Of a DNA stretch of 64,000 bases, positions 1 to 10,625 are shown in pieces (position 1 is the first letter of the stretch; every line of letters starts with the position of its first letter). Location: contig OY969934.1 of NCBI GenBank assembly GCA_963704725.1, positions 2,304,001-2,368,000 of the forward strand. The letters are read 5' to 3'. The notes beneath the pieces were generated by a model. That model did no database searches. It saw only the letters and a list, made by a program, of their open reading frames with translations, and was not told the origin of the DNA. Position numbers and translations under genes: made by a program. The DNA comes from an uncultured Actinomycetes bacterium. Its GTDB lineage: Bacteria; Actinomycetota; UBA4738; HRBIN12.

Positions 1-328
1 ACCGGGGGGCCGACGGGCTCGCCACGTGGAGGGCGACGTCCTTGGCCAGCTGCTTGAAGTCCTCCGTGTTGGCGACGAAGTCGGTCTCGCAGTTCACCTC
101 GACGAGCGAGCCGACCGTGTTGTTGAAGTGGATGTACGACTCGATCCGGCCCTGGTTGGCGGACCGCGAGCCGCGCTTGGCCGCCGAGGCGAGCCCCTTC
201 TGCCGCAGCAGCTCGACGGCCTTGTCCATGTCGCCGTCGGCGTCTTGGAGGGCGCGCTTGCAGTCCATCATCCCGGCCCCGGTCATCTCCCGGAGCTTCT
301 TCACCTGCCCTGCGTTGATATCGGCCAT
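1..328 (-). CDS. tsf: Elongation factor Ts (5' part, runs off window)
   Basis: Manual translation [27 protein letters not shown]...[11 protein letters not shown]. Directly downstream of rpsB. Confidence 0.97.
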   Translation of the reverse strand, partial: MADINAGQVKKLREMTGAGMMDCKRALQDADGDMDKAVELLRQKGLASAAKRGSRSANQGRIESYIHFNNTVGSLVEVNCETDFVANTEDFKQLAKDVALHVASPSAPR

Positions 329-333
329 CGCGC

Positions 334-1233
334 TCAACCCGCTTCCTGGACGGGGGGCGTCTCAGCCGAGGGGGCGGCCGATGCCGACGGGGGCTCTGCG
401 CCCCCCGTGGTCGGCTCCGCCGTCGAAGCGGCCGACGACCCCTCCGCAGCGAGCGGCGCTGGTCCCCCGGCGGCATCGGCCGTGACCGGACCCGGCTCAG
501 GCTCGGGCTCGATCTCCGGGCCCGTGGCTCGCGTCACGACGGCCTCCCGGCCGATCTGCCGGCCCTCGGCCAGAGCCTCCGAGACGATCCTCGTGACGAG
601 CGAGACCGAACGGATCGCGTCGTCGTTGCCCGGGATCACGTAGTCGACCTCGTCGGGGTCGCAGTTGGTGTCGACGATCGCGATGACCGGCAGCCCCAGC
701 TTGCGCGCCTCGTTGACGGCGATGTGCTCCTTCTTCGTGTCGATCACGAACACTGCGTCGGGCAGACGCTCGAGGCTCTGCATCCCGCCCAGGTTGCGCT
801 CGAGCTTCTCCTTCTCGTGGCGGAGGCGGATCGCCTCCTTCTTCGGCAGATAGTCGAAGGCCCCCGTGCGCTCCATCTCGCGGAGCTCGCGCAGCCGGAA
901 CAGCCGCCGAGAGACCGTCTGGAAGTTCGTGAGCATCCCGCCGAGCCACCGGGTCGTGACGTAGGGCATGCCCGCGCTCGTCGCGTTCTCGACGATGACC
1001 TCCTGGGCCTGCTTCTTCGTCCCCACGAACAGGACGATCCCGCCCCGGCGGCCGAGGTCCCGGACGAACGCGTAGGCCTCCTCGAGCCCCGTCAGGGTCT
1101 TCTCGAGGTCGATGATGTAGATGCCGGAGCGTTCCCCGTACAGGTAGCGGCCCATCTTCGGGTTCCAGCGCCTGGTCTGGTGCCCGAAGTGGACGCCCGC
1201 CTCGAGGAGCGCCCGCCTGGTGACGACGGGCAT
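334..1233 (-). CDS. rpsB: 30S ribosomal protein S2 with acidic/Pro-Ala C-terminal tail
   Basis: [35 protein letters not shown] and GNDDAIRS motifs. AGGAGG RBS. Confidence 0.98.
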   Translation of the reverse strand: MPVVTRRALLEAGVHFGHQTRRWNPKMGRYLYGERSGIYIIDLEKTLTGLEEAYAFVRDLGRRGGIVLFVGTKKQAQEVIVENATSAGMPYVTTRWLGGMLTNFQTVSRRLFRLRELREMERTGAFDYLPKKEAIRLRHEKEKLERNLGGMQSLERLPDAVFVIDTKKEHIAVNEARKLGLPVIAIVDTNCDPDEVDYVIPGNDDAIRSVSLVTRIVSEALAEGRQIGREAVVTRATGPEIEPEPEPGPVTADAAGGPAPLAAEGSSAASTAEPTTGGAEPPSASAAPSAETPPVQEAG

Positions 1234-1247
1234 GCTGCGCCTCCTTC

Positions 1248-1388
1248 TGGTTTTCCCTCCGCGCGGCTCTCCCCGATCGCGGCCCGGCCGGTCGTTCCGG
1301 GGGCTCCCGCTCGCGCCTTCGCGCTCGCTTCTGGAGCCCTTGGCCCCCGGCCGGGACCCCGCCTCTCGGTCCCCGCGCGTGTGAGCTC
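1248..1388 (-). ncRNA. rpsB (S2) leader, t44-like cis-regulatory RNA
   Basis: 5'UTR reads CTCACACGCGCGG...GGGGTCCC...CCGCGCGGAGGGAAAACC. It has a closing stem CGCGCGG/CCGCGCG, an internal GGGGU and a 3' GGAGG..AACC, as in S2 leaders. Confidence 0.65.
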
Positions 1389-1416
1389 GGCGCCTTGCGA
1401 GCGCCGGCGATCGGGC

Positions 1417-1425
1417 AGTCTAGCA
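1417..1425 (-). promoter_or_regulatory. Extended -10 promoter (TGCTAGACT) of rpsB-tsf
   Basis: TGn-TAnnnT match just upstream of the S2 leader. Confidence 0.6.
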
Positions 1426-1454
1426 GCGGCGATGCGGAGCGGGCCCCGGACCGG

Positions 1455-2447
1455 TCATCGACGCCGGGACCGAGCCGGCGCGGCCGAGCGCGGTGGGGGA
1501 CGCCGGCGGACCGGCTCGTCGGGCACGGCGGGCTCGGCCACCACCCAGCGGTAGGCGAAGGCGGCCATGAACCCCACGTGGATCAGGTTCGCTAGGAGCA
1601 CCACGATCCAGGCGGTCAGCGTGGGGTTGGCCGAGATCTCGTGTCCGCCCGGGGAGAACCCCACCGCGACCGGGAGCGCGATGAAGAAGTAGAGCGAGCA
1701 CAGCAGCAGGTGACGACTCCCGGGGAGCATCGCCGCCCGTGCCGATCGCCGGATCGTCTCCGTCAGCGGACGGCCCTCCCGGATCGCCGCCGTGGGCGCG
1801 AAACCGAGGAAGAACAGGCCCCCCACGAGCGCCGAGACGAAGCCCAGGAAGCCGAGACCGGGCCCCAGGACGGGCAGGATCAGGTTGCCGGCGATGATGA
1901 GGCTGAACGAGGCGAGTTGGACGACGAAGGAGACCGGCAGCGCGGCGATCCCCCGAAGCACCCCCACGCGCGAGACCCGGCCGTCCTCGAGCGCCTCGAG
2001 GATGAGACCGGTGAGCAGCGCCGTCACGATGCCCCGGATGACCAGGACCGCGCCGGTGAAGTACAGGAACGCCGGGCCCGTCCCGTACAGGCTGGTCCCG
2101 GATCCGAGATCGAAGTAGGTGCTGATCGGCGGCAGGGCGAGGGCGTCCACGAGCCGGTTGGGCAACCCCTCGAACCCGATCGCCATCAGGGACAGCCAGG
2201 TCGCCGGGACCAGGGCCAGGGTAACCACGACCAGGACAGGCTGCGACGCGACCGCGAGCATGCCCTGGGCAATGGACCGGCCCATCGGCGGGAGCGCCGA
2301 GGGTCCGGTGCCGAACAGCGTGCTCCCGAAGAGCCCTCGCCGCCTGGGTTCGGGAGCCGGGGGCTCCGGCCGATCGAGGACGGCCTCCGGTGCCTCACGA
2401 GGCGGGGCCGGGCGCGAGGGGCGACGGCGCCGTTTGCCGGGGCTCAC
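1455..2447 (-). CDS. Hypothetical multi-pass membrane protein
   Basis: GTG start overlaps upstream stop (GTGA). About 6 hydrophobic segments, with Arg/Pro-rich termini. Confidence 0.75.
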   Translation of the reverse strand: MSPGKRRRRPSRPAPPREAPEAVLDRPEPPAPEPRRRGLFGSTLFGTGPSALPPMGRSIAQGMLAVASQPVLVVVTLALVPATWLSLMAIGFEGLPNRLVDALALPPISTYFDLGSGTSLYGTGPAFLYFTGAVLVIRGIVTALLTGLILEALEDGRVSRVGVLRGIAALPVSFVVQLASFSLIIAGNLILPVLGPGLGFLGFVSALVGGLFFLGFAPTAAIREGRPLTETIRRSARAAMLPGSRHLLLCSLYFFIALPVAVGFSPGGHEISANPTLTAWIVVLLANLIHVGFMAAFAYRWVVAEPAVPDEPVRRRPPPRSAAPARSRRR

Positions 2448-3895
2448 GTCACCTCCTCGGCCATCTCGTCGGCGTCCTCGTCCCCGGCGAACGGGCCGGG
2501 GAACCGGCGCCGCGCGAGCAGTCCCGGCCCGAGCACCACGAGGAGCACGATGGCGGCCGCCAGCGCGAACCGGCCCAGCGTGGTCCCCACCTCGAGCTCG
2601 GTGGGGGAGGCCACGTCGACGAGCCGGCCGTCCGGGTCGCTCTCGAACGCGATCAGCCCCGCGTCGGCACCGCCCTTCACGGCCACGATCACGTCCCCCG
2701 AGACCGCGATCGCGCCGACGAGCCCGGGGTCCTCGGGGCTCTGCCACACCAGGTGCCCGGAGCCGGCGTCGAGCGCCACCAGGCGGCCGTCGTCGAGCCC
2801 CACGAGCACGGCGCCCCCCGAGACGACGGGCGAGCTCCGGACCACCTGATCGTTGAGCTGGTGATCCCAGACCTCGGCGCCGTCGGCAGGGTCGAACCGG
2901 TACAGCCCCGCCCCGACGTCGACCACATAGAGCGCGCCCTCCCCGAGCGCCGGCGAGCTCACGGGGAGGAAGAGCGAGAGCGCGAGCGTCGACCACACCT
3001 GCTGGCCGTCGCCGCTGCCCAGGGCGCGCACGGACCGGTCCCCCAGCCCCACGATCACGAGGTCGCCGGACGCGGCCGGGGCGGACGCCGCGGAGGTGCC
3101 GAGCGTCGACACGGCCCTCCAAGTGCACTCGCCGGAGGTCGCGTCATACGCGCTGACGGCCACGCTCCCCGCGTCGTTGTCGCGCGCGACCGAGACGACG
3201 CGCCCCCCGGCCACCGCCACGGCGCCGTCGATCCTGCCGCCGGCGAACGGCTCGCACGGCCCCTGTCCCTCCAGGTCTCGGGACCATTCAACGGTCCCGT
3301 CCCGGATGGCGATCGCGTACACGGTCCCGGCGTCGTCGGCGACGTACGCCGAATCGGCGTCGACCGTGACCCCCGTCCGAGAGGCGGCGCCGAGCGCGGT
3401 GCGCCACAGCTCGGTCTGGTCCCCGAGATCGATCGCCACGAGCTCGGAACCCCCCGATCGCGTCGGGCTGCTCGACGGAGACGCGCCGGGCGATGTCGTC
3501 GGCGTCGGTGAGGCGGCGCCCGAGCCGGTGTCCGGCCCCTCGAGGTACAGGAGCACGTCGGGCCGCCGTCCGGCACCCGTCACCACCGCCGGGATCGAGA
3601 GGGGGCCGCCGGCGCGCGGGACGTGCCAGGCCACGTCGCCGCTGCTGAGGTCGACGGCGTAGACGTCGCGCTGGCCGACCGTCATCGCCAGGTCGCCGAG
3701 GATGACGGCGCCGGAGAGCGCCCGGCCCTCGGGCGCCGGCAGCGACCACCGGACTCGATAGGGCGGAGCGGGGCCAGCGCCCGCGGTCCCGGGCCGACCC
3801 GGGCCCCCCTGGAACTGCGACCACGCCGGCTCACCGCTCTGGGCCACGGCGAACGAGGGGGTGAGCGCGACGGCCGCGGCGGCGAGGGCGACCAT
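2444..3895 (-). CDS. PQQ-like (BamB-type) beta-propeller protein, secreted and C-terminally anchored
   Basis: Signal peptide (AVA|QS), WSQFQGGPG start, repeated YAxDxxxGxxxW blades, C-terminal TM helix. Confidence 0.85.
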   Translation of the reverse strand: MVALAAAAVALTPSFAVAQSGEPAWSQFQGGPGRPGTAGAGPAPPYRVRWSLPAPEGRALSGAVILGDLAMTVGQRDVYAVDLSSGDVAWHVPRAGGPLSIPAVVTGAGRRPDVLLYLEGPDTGSGAASPTPTTSPGASPSSSPTRSGGSELVAIDLGDQTELWRTALGAASRTGVTVDADSAYVADDAGTVYAIAIRDGTVEWSRDLEGQGPCEPFAGGRIDGAVAVAGGRVVSVARDNDAGSVAVSAYDATSGECTWRAVSTLGTSAASAPAASGDLVIVGLGDRSVRALGSGDGQQVWSTLALSLFLPVSSPALGEGALYVVDVGAGLYRFDPADGAEVWDHQLNDQVVRSSPVVSGGAVLVGLDDGRLVALDAGSGHLVWQSPEDPGLVGAIAVSGDVIVAVKGGADAGLIAFESDPDGRLVDVASPTELEVGTTLGRFALAAAIVLLVVLGPGLLARRRFPGPFAGDEDADEMAEEVT

Positions 3896-4000
3896 GAGCC
3901 TTCGGAGCGCGTCGGGAGACAGCGGAGCCTTCCTGGTCCGGGAGCGCGCACATCCTATCCGGCCCCGACCCGCCCGCCAGACGTGAGGACGACCTCGCCC

Positions 4001-4504
4001 TCAGGCCGCGAGCGGCGCCAGCCGGATGAAGTCCGAGACGCTCTGGGGGCCCAGATACCGGAGCGGGTCGACGTACTGGCCGTCGAGACGGACCCCGAAG
4101 TGCAGGTGGGGAACCGTCGACCCCGGATGCCCCCGTCCGGACCGGGCGATCGGCGCGCCGCGCGCGACGGCGTCGCCCACGCGAACGAGGGCCTCCGAGA
4201 GCCACGAGGAGGTGCTCGTGAGCCCGCCCCCATGGTCGAGCGTCACGAACAGCTCGCCTCCGACGCGGCCGGCGAAGGTCACCACGCCCGACTCCGGCGC
4301 CACCACGACCGTGCCGATCGGGGCGGCGACGTCGATCCCCCGATGCCCGGAGCCGAACGGCGTCTGGGGCGGGTCGAAGCCGCGGATGACCGGGCCGACG
4401 ACGGGCCAGGTCCACGCGCCGACCGCGGGGAGGGCCGGCGCCGAGGGCCCTGGATGGAGGGTGACCCCGATCAGGAGGGGGAGGAGCGCGCGCACCATCG
4501 ACAC
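4001..4504 (-). CDS. M23 family metallopeptidase
   Basis: HRGID and HLHFG motifs, signal peptide, usual position upstream of rpsB in actinobacteria. Confidence 0.92.
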   Translation of the reverse strand: MSMVRALLPLLIGVTLHPGPSAPALPAVGAWTWPVVGPVIRGFDPPQTPFGSGHRGIDVAAPIGTVVVAPESGVVTFAGRVGGELFVTLDHGGGLTSTSSWLSEALVRVGDAVARGAPIARSGRGHPGSTVPHLHFGVRLDGQYVDPLRYLGPQSVSDFIRLAPLAA

Positions 4505-4588
4505 GGCGAACCTCCTGTGCTGAGAGCGGCGAACGCTACCCGGATCGGGAGGGCGGGGCCGTGATCGCGATCACAGGACCGGGACGGG

Positions 4589-5518
4589 CTACTCGGTCTC
4601 GACGAGCTGGAGGCGGAGCTGGCCCACGGCCTTCGTGTGGATCTGGCAGACGCGCGACTCGGTGACCCCCAGGATCTCGCCGATCTCGGCGAGCGTGAGG
4701 CCCTCGAAATAGTACAGGGTGACCACGATCTTCTCGCGCTCGGAGAGCGAGTTGATCGCGGCGGCGAGCAGTCCCCGGGTCTCCTGCCCCTCGAGCCCGG
4801 TCGTGGGGTCGACGGTCCGGTCGGCCAGCGTGTCGAGCAGCGAGACCTGCTCGCCTCGGTCGGTCCCAACCGACAGCAGCTCGTCGAGCGCGAGCACCGA
4901 GACGAACGAGATCTGGTTGATGACGTCGTGGAGCTCGGACATCGACACGCCGAGGCGCTCGGCCAGCTCGCGCTCGCTCGGAGCCCGCTTGAGGATCGAC
5001 TCGAGGTCCGCGTAGGCCTTCTCGATCTCGCGCGCTTTGAACCGAACCGAGCGCGGGACCCAGTCCATCGCCCGCAGCTCGTCGATGATGGCGCCCTTGA
5101 TCCGCGGGATGGCGTAGGTCTCGAACTTGTTGCCGCGGGCCGGCTCGAACTTCTCCAGGGCGTCGATGAGGCCGAACATCCCGTACGAGACGAGGTCGGC
5201 CTGCTCGACGCTGGCGGGCAGACCGGTCGCGACACGGCTGGCCACGTACTTGACGAGCGGGGCGTAGTGCAGGATCAGGCGCTCCCGGGCCGAGGGCGAC
5301 GCGCTCTGCTTGAACTCTCCCCACAGGCCGGTGAGCTCGGCGGCTGCGTCGACGGGCTCTCGGTCCAGGACCGCGATGGCGGCCGGCTTCTTGGCGCGGG
5401 CGGTCCTTCCTCGGGCGCCGGGCTTCGCCGCGGCGTCGGCCGGTACCTTGACCGGGCGCTTCGCGGGGGCCGGTGGCTTCGCCGGCTCCTTCGAGGAGCT
5501 CTTGGTCGCTCGCGGCAT
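4589..5518 (-). CDS. whiG: FliA/WhiG family sigma factor
   Basis: [71 protein letters not shown]. Same locus as Streptomyces whiG. Confidence 0.9.
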   Translation of the reverse strand: MPRATKSSSKEPAKPPAPAKRPVKVPADAAAKPGARGRTARAKKPAAIAVLDREPVDAAAELTGLWGEFKQSASPSARERLILHYAPLVKYVASRVATGLPASVEQADLVSYGMFGLIDALEKFEPARGNKFETYAIPRIKGAIIDELRAMDWVPRSVRFKAREIEKAYADLESILKRAPSERELAERLGVSMSELHDVINQISFVSVLALDELLSVGTDRGEQVSLLDTLADRTVDPTTGLEGQETRGLLAAAINSLSEREKIVVTLYYFEGLTLAEIGEILGVTESRVCQIHTKAVGQLRLQLVETE

Positions 5519-6450
5519 CAGGCCCTCGGGTGACTCTGCCGATACGCCTCGAACAGCCGTGAGCGGGTCACGTGCGTGTAGCGCTGGGTCGTGGCCACGC
5601 TCGCGTGTCCGAGGAGCTCCTGCACGGCCCTGATGTCGGCTCCCCCCTCCAGGAGATGGGTCGCGAACGAGTGCCGCAGCGTGTGTGGCGTCACCCGCCG
5701 CCCGGTCAGCGTGGCGTCACCGTATCGTCCCACAAGGCGCCGGATGTCGCGTACCCCGACCTGGGCGTTCCTTCGGTTCAGGAACAGGGCGGGGGTGGGC
5801 GTCTCCCCCACCATCGCCGGGCGACCCTCCCGGATCCAGGCGCGGACGGCCGCCCGGGCCGGATCCGAGATCGGCAGCTCGCGCTCCTTGGATCCCTTGC
5901 CCAGCACGAGCACGCGTTCCCGGTCGAGGTCGACGCGGTCCAGGGTCAGGCCGGCCACCTCGCTCACCCGGAGCCCCGACCCGTACATCAGCTCCATGAT
6001 GGCCCGGTCGCGGAGCGCGATCGCCCGTTCGACCTCGTCGTCGCCGTCCGGCCGGGGGGCCTCCACCAGCGCCGCCGCCTCGGGCACGCGCAGCACGACG
6101 GGGAGCCGCGACGCCACCTTGGGCCGCCCCAGGAGGGCCGCGGGGTCCAGGCGGGCGTGCCCGCCCGCGACCGCCCAGCGATAGAACGTGTGGATCGCTC
6201 CCACCCGGCGGGCCACGGAGGCCCGCGCATACCCCAGGGTCGTGAGCTGCGCCAGGAACCGGCGCAGGTCGTTCAGGGTGGCCGCCGTGAGCGACCGGTG
6301 CCCGCGCGAGAGGAACCGGGCGAGCTGGGTCAGGTCGCGCCGGTAGGCGATCACCGTGCTCTCGGCGAGATGCCGCTCGAACGCCAGATGGCCAGCGAAG
6401 CCCTCGATCAGGGCAGCGTCGCGCAGGGGAAGGTCCTCGCGGGTCGGCAT
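5518..6450 (-). CDS. xerC: Tyrosine recombinase XerC
   Basis: [40 protein letters not shown] catalytic motifs. Near dprA. Confidence 0.9.
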   Translation of the reverse strand: MPTREDLPLRDAALIEGFAGHLAFERHLAESTVIAYRRDLTQLARFLSRGHRSLTAATLNDLRRFLAQLTTLGYARASVARRVGAIHTFYRWAVAGGHARLDPAALLGRPKVASRLPVVLRVPEAAALVEAPRPDGDDEVERAIALRDRAIMELMYGSGLRVSEVAGLTLDRVDLDRERVLVLGKGSKERELPISDPARAAVRAWIREGRPAMVGETPTPALFLNRRNAQVGVRDIRRLVGRYGDATLTGRRVTPHTLRHSFATHLLEGGADIRAVQELLGHASVATTQRYTHVTRSRLFEAYRQSHPRA

Positions 6451-6533
6451 GGAGGTTCCCGCACCTTGTACCTCCAGTGACCCCTGCGTTCAAGCCTTCC
6501 GACGGCGACCCCCGGTCGTCCTACGATGGAAGG

Positions 6534-7904
6534 GTGGCCGTCGACCTCATCATCACGCCCGGTCTGGGAGACAACAGCTATCTGCTGTCGTCCGGGGACG
6601 AGGCGGCCGCGATCGATCCCCAGCGCGATGTCGGGACCCTGCTCGAACGCGCCCGGGAGCGTGGGGCCCGCATCCGCTACGTCGTCGAGACGCACGTCCA
6701 CAACGACTACGTCTCGGGAGCGGCCGAGCTCCGGGCGGCCACCGGAGCGGAGATCCTCGGCCCCGCCCATGCCGGCTACGCCTTCCCGTTCCGCCCGCTC
6801 GCGGACGGCGACGAGATCGCCGTCGGCGACGCGGTGCTGGCGGCGGTGGAGGCTCCCGGCCACACGTTCGAGCACACCGCGTACGCCGTGCGCGAGGCCG
6901 GGGAGGCGGCGCCCTCGGCGTTGTTCTCCGGGGGAAGCCTCATCGTGGGCAGCGCCGGCCGCACGGACCTGTTCGGTCCCGAGCGCACCGAGGAGCTCAC
7001 GCGCCTCCAGTTCGGCACGATGCGACGGCTGGCGGAGCTCGCCGACGACGTCGCCCTGCTACCGACCCACGGCGCCGGGAGCTTCTGCGCGACCTCGCCA
7101 CCCGGGGAGCTGCGCACGTCCACGATCGGCGCCGAGCGGCTCGGCAACCCGGCGCTGGCCGCCGTCGACGAGGCGAGGTTCTCGGCCGAGCAGCTGAGCG
7201 GCCTGTCGCGCTTCCCGGCCTACTACGCGCACATGGCGCCCATCAACCGGGCCGGGCCGGCCGTGTTCGGAGACGTCCCGATCCCTTCGGCCAGATCGGC
7301 CGCAGACGTCGCCGCGATGCTCGAGGCGGGCGCATGGCTCGTCGACGCGCGCGACGGCGCGTCGTTCGCGGCGGCGCACGTGCCGGGCTCGCTCAACATC
7401 CCGCTGGAGGAGTCGTTCGCGAGCTACGTGGGCTGGCTCGTGCCGTTCGGTGCGCCCCTGACCCTGCTCGTGCCCGACGACGAGGCCCTGGTCGAGGCCT
7501 CGACCCAGCTGTTCCGGATCGGGTACGAGGGCATGCAGGGGCACCTCGACGGCGGGGTCGACGCCTGGCGCGACCGCGGCGGCGAGGTCGCGTCCTATCC
7601 CACCGTGAGCGTGGCCGACCTGGTGAGGGAGATCGAGCGCGGCGAGGCGGCCGGGGTCGTCGACGTGCGGCAGCCCTCCGAGTGGGACGCCGGCCATCTC
7701 GAGCACAGCCGGCACGTGTTCGTCGCCGACGTCCAGGACGGACTCGACACGTTCGACCGGGCGGCCCCGTCGACCCTCGTGTGCGCGAGCGGCTATCGCG
7801 CCGCGATGGCGGCGAGCCTGCTCGACCGCGGCGGGGTCCCGGTCAGGCTCGTCGCCCGCAGCGGCGTCCCTCGCGCGCTGCGGTTGCTCGACCGGCGCGC
7901 CTGA
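6534..7904 (+). CDS. MBL-fold hydrolase fused to two rhodanese domains (persulfide dioxygenase-sulfurtransferase-like)
   Basis: ETHVHNDY, PGHTFEH, GRTDL, PTHGAGSFC. Rhodanese VDAR...HVPGSLNIP and C-terminal CASGYRA. GTG start is 6 nt after TACGAT. Confidence 0.88.
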   Translation: MAVDLIITPGLGDNSYLLSSGDEAAAIDPQRDVGTLLERARERGARIRYVVETHVHNDYVSGAAELRAATGAEILGPAHAGYAFPFRPLADGDEIAVGDAVLAAVEAPGHTFEHTAYAVREAGEAAPSALFSGGSLIVGSAGRTDLFGPERTEELTRLQFGTMRRLAELADDVALLPTHGAGSFCATSPPGELRTSTIGAERLGNPALAAVDEARFSAEQLSGLSRFPAYYAHMAPINRAGPAVFGDVPIPSARSAADVAAMLEAGAWLVDARDGASFAAAHVPGSLNIPLEESFASYVGWLVPFGAPLTLLVPDDEALVEASTQLFRIGYEGMQGHLDGGVDAWRDRGGEVASYPTVSVADLVREIERGEAAGVVDVRQPSEWDAGHLEHSRHVFVADVQDGLDTFDRAAPSTLVCASGYRAAMAASLLDRGGVPVRLVARSGVPRALRLLDRRA

Positions 7905-7913
7905 GGGACGACC

Positions 7914-9053
7914 TCATCCGGGCGCGCTCCCCTGCAGCGTGCACTCGTACCGGCCCCCGACGCCGCGCACCAGGCCGCGCAGCTCGAGGCGCATCAACAG
8001 CCCGACCGCCTGGGGCACGCTCGCCCCGAGCGCCGAGGCGACCCGTTCGGGCAGTGTCGGGCCCACAAGGAGGTCGAGGACCCGGCGCTCCTCGTCGGAG
8101 ACGCCGGCGCCCTCGGCCACCCGGTCGGCCTCGAGCCGCAGGCCGAGGTCCTCGAGCAGGTCGCCCGCGCCTCGGATCATCGTCGCGCCGTCGCGGATCA
8201 GCTGGAGCGGCACCACCGACAGCGCGCTGGTGACCGGTCCCGGCACGGCGTACACGTCGCGCCCGAACTCCATGGCGTGCTCCGCGGTGATCATCGATCC
8301 GCTCCCGCTCGCGCCCTCGACCACCACGGTCGCCGAGCACAGCCCCGCAACGATGCGGTTGCGGGCCGGGAAGTTGCGCTGGAACGGCGGCGTGCCGGGG
8401 GCGAGCTCCGACACCACCGTGCCCGAGCTCCGGATCCGTTGGAGCAGCGTCCGGCTGGTGCGCGGGTAGTCGACGTCGACGCCGCATCCCATCACGGCGA
8501 TCGTCGGCCCACCGGCGTCGAGCGCGCCGGCGTGGCTCGCGGCGTCGATCCCGAGCGCGGCACCGCTCACGACGGTGGCCCCCGCCGACCCGAGCGCCCG
8601 CCCGATCTCCCGTGCGACCTCCCGGCCGAGCTCGGTGCAGCGCCGAGCGCCGACGACGGCCACGGCCGACGTCGGATCCGGGGGCGGCGGTCCCGTCACG
8701 TACAGGACGGCCGGGGGGTCGTGGATGTGCCGGAGCTGCGACGGGTATTCGGGCGATCCCCACGCCACGACGCGGGCCCCGTGCGCCGAGGCCGCGGCCG
8801 CGATGTCCGCTGGGTCGAGCTCGAGGGCGAACGCTCGATCGTTGGCGCTCCCCGCCCGGCCCTGTCGGATCTCGGCCAGGACGGCCGAGGCCGTGCCGTG
8901 CTCGACGCCGAGCGCGAGCAGCCGGCGAGGCGTCACGCCTCGCAGCGCCGAGAGCACGAGGGCGGCATCCCGGTCCAGACGGCCCTGCGCGAACCCGTCG
9001 GGCCACACGGGCCACGTTCGGTCCGGCGATCCCCGGTCGGGGTCAGCCCACAC
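7914..9053 (-). CDS. dprA: DNA-processing protein DprA
   Basis: VAVVGAR, VVSGAALGIDAASH, FPARNRIVAGL, SGSMITA, C-terminal winged helix. Start uncertain. Confidence 0.95.
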   Translation of the reverse strand: MWADPDRGSPDRTWPVWPDGFAQGRLDRDAALVLSALRGVTPRRLLALGVEHGTASAVLAEIRQGRAGSANDRAFALELDPADIAAAASAHGARVVAWGSPEYPSQLRHIHDPPAVLYVTGPPPPDPTSAVAVVGARRCTELGREVAREIGRALGSAGATVVSGAALGIDAASHAGALDAGGPTIAVMGCGVDVDYPRTSRTLLQRIRSSGTVVSELAPGTPPFQRNFPARNRIVAGLCSATVVVEGASGSGSMITAEHAMEFGRDVYAVPGPVTSALSVVPLQLIRDGATMIRGAGDLLEDLGLRLEADRVAEGAGVSDEERRVLDLLVGPTLPERVASALGASVPQAVGLLMRLELRGLVRGVGGRYECTLQGSAPG

Positions 9054-10578
9054 GGACCGGTCCGCCGTTCGGCTCGGTCGAGCGGTAGGCGAGGGCCTCG
9101 ACCACGTGGTCCGGCGCGATCCGCTCCTGCCCGGCGAGGTCGGCGATCGTCCGGGCGACCTTCAGCGTGCGGTCGAAGCCGCGGCCCGTGAGCCCATGGC
9201 GATCCACCGCCTCGGCCAGCAGCTCGCGAGCGGGCGGGGCGATCCGTGCCTCGCGTCGGGCGGCCGGGCCCGGGAGCTGCGCGTTGCAGTGGAATCCCGT
9301 GCCGGCGTAGCGGCGGCGCTGCCGGTCCCGGGCCGCCTCGACGCGTTCGCGAACGGCCAGCGACGGCTCGCCGGCCGTCTCGCCGAGCAGCTCCTGCTTC
9401 GTCAGTCGCGGCACCGTCAGCCGAAGGTCGACGCGGTCGAGGAGGGGACCCGAGAGCTTGGCCCGATAGGCCTCCACTCGATGATCCGGACAGGTGCACC
9501 GGCGGGCCGCGTCACCGTCGAACCCGCACGGGCAGGGATTGGCCGCCGCGACGAGGGTGAAGCGCGCGGGGAACTCGGCGGACCCGATCACGCGCGTGAC
9601 GACGACGCGCCCGTCCTCCAGCGGCTGTCGAAGGCCCTCGGTGGCGTCGCGCCGGAACTCGGTGAACTCGTCCATGAACAGGACGCCGTTGTGAGCGAGC
9701 GAGACCTCGCCCGGCCGCAGGTGCGTCGAGCCTCCGCCGAGCAGCGCGGCCATCGAGACGGTGTGATGGGGCGAACGGAACGGGCGCTCCGGAACCAGCC
9801 CCCCGCCGTCGAGGAGCCCGGCGACGGAGTGCAGCTGGGTCACCTCGAGCGCCTCGGCCCGGGACATCGTCGGCAAGATGGTGGCCAGCCGGCGCGCGAG
9901 CATCGTCTTGCCGGCGCCGGGCGCGCCGATCAGCAACACGTTGTGCCCGCCGGCCGCCGCCACCTCCAGGGCCCGCCGGGCCTGGGCCTGCCCCCGCACC
10001 TCGGCCAGGTCGACCTGGTGTCCGTCGGCGGGCGGTTGGGGGTGGCGTTCGGGGGGAGCGGGCCGCCACGTGCCTCGGAAGAAGCCGACCACGTCGCGGA
10101 GCGAGGGGGCGCCGACGACCTCCAGCCCCTCGACCAGGGCGGCCTCCGCGGCGTTGGCATCCGGCACGACGACCCCTCGGAGGGCGTGACGCGTCGCGGC
10201 GATGGCCACCGAGAGCACGCCCGGGGTGGAGACGAGCGTCCCCCGCAGCGAGAGCTCGCCCGCGAACGCCCATCCCTCGAGGGCGGAGGCGCGCGCCTGG
10301 CCCGTGGCCGCGAGCACGCCCATGGCGACCGGCAGATCGAGTCCGGGACCCTCCTTGCGCAGGTTGCCCGGCGCCAGGTTCACGACGACGCGGCGAAGGG
10401 GCCACTCCAATCCCGCGCTCTCGACCGCGGGCCGGATCCGGTCACGCGCGTCATGCACCGCCGCCCCCGGGAGCCCGGTGAGCGTGAGCGAGGGAAGGCC
10501 ACGCCCGACGTGCGCCTCGACGACGACCGGATGGCCGCGCACCCCGACGACGGTGACCCCCACCACGCGTCCGTACAC
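9043..10578 (-). CDS. comM: YifB/ComM Mg-chelatase-like AAA+ ATPase
   Basis: VNLAPGNLRKEG, GAPGAGKT, PFRSPHH, GEVSLAHNGVLFMDE, NPCPCG. Confidence 0.95.
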   Translation of the reverse strand: MYGRVVGVTVVGVRGHPVVVEAHVGRGLPSLTLTGLPGAAVHDARDRIRPAVESAGLEWPLRRVVVNLAPGNLRKEGPGLDLPVAMGVLAATGQARASALEGWAFAGELSLRGTLVSTPGVLSVAIAATRHALRGVVVPDANAAEAALVEGLEVVGAPSLRDVVGFFRGTWRPAPPERHPQPPADGHQVDLAEVRGQAQARRALEVAAAGGHNVLLIGAPGAGKTMLARRLATILPTMSRAEALEVTQLHSVAGLLDGGGLVPERPFRSPHHTVSMAALLGGGSTHLRPGEVSLAHNGVLFMDEFTEFRRDATEGLRQPLEDGRVVVTRVIGSAEFPARFTLVAAANPCPCGFDGDAARRCTCPDHRVEAYRAKLSGPLLDRVDLRLTVPRLTKQELLGETAGEPSLAVRERVEAARDRQRRRYAGTGFHCNAQLPGPAARREARIAPPARELLAEAVDRHGLTGRGFDRTLKVARTIADLAGQERIAPDHVVEALAYRSTEPNGGPVRVG

Positions 10579-10625
10579 CGTCGGTCGACGTTAGCGCCCG
10601 GCACCGACATCCCGGCGCACCGACC

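Noticed and set aside
5518-6450. Tyrosine recombinase as a mobile-element integrase
   Set aside because: Size, motifs and the dprA/comM/yraN neighbourhood fit housekeeping XerC. No att or dif site was recognised.
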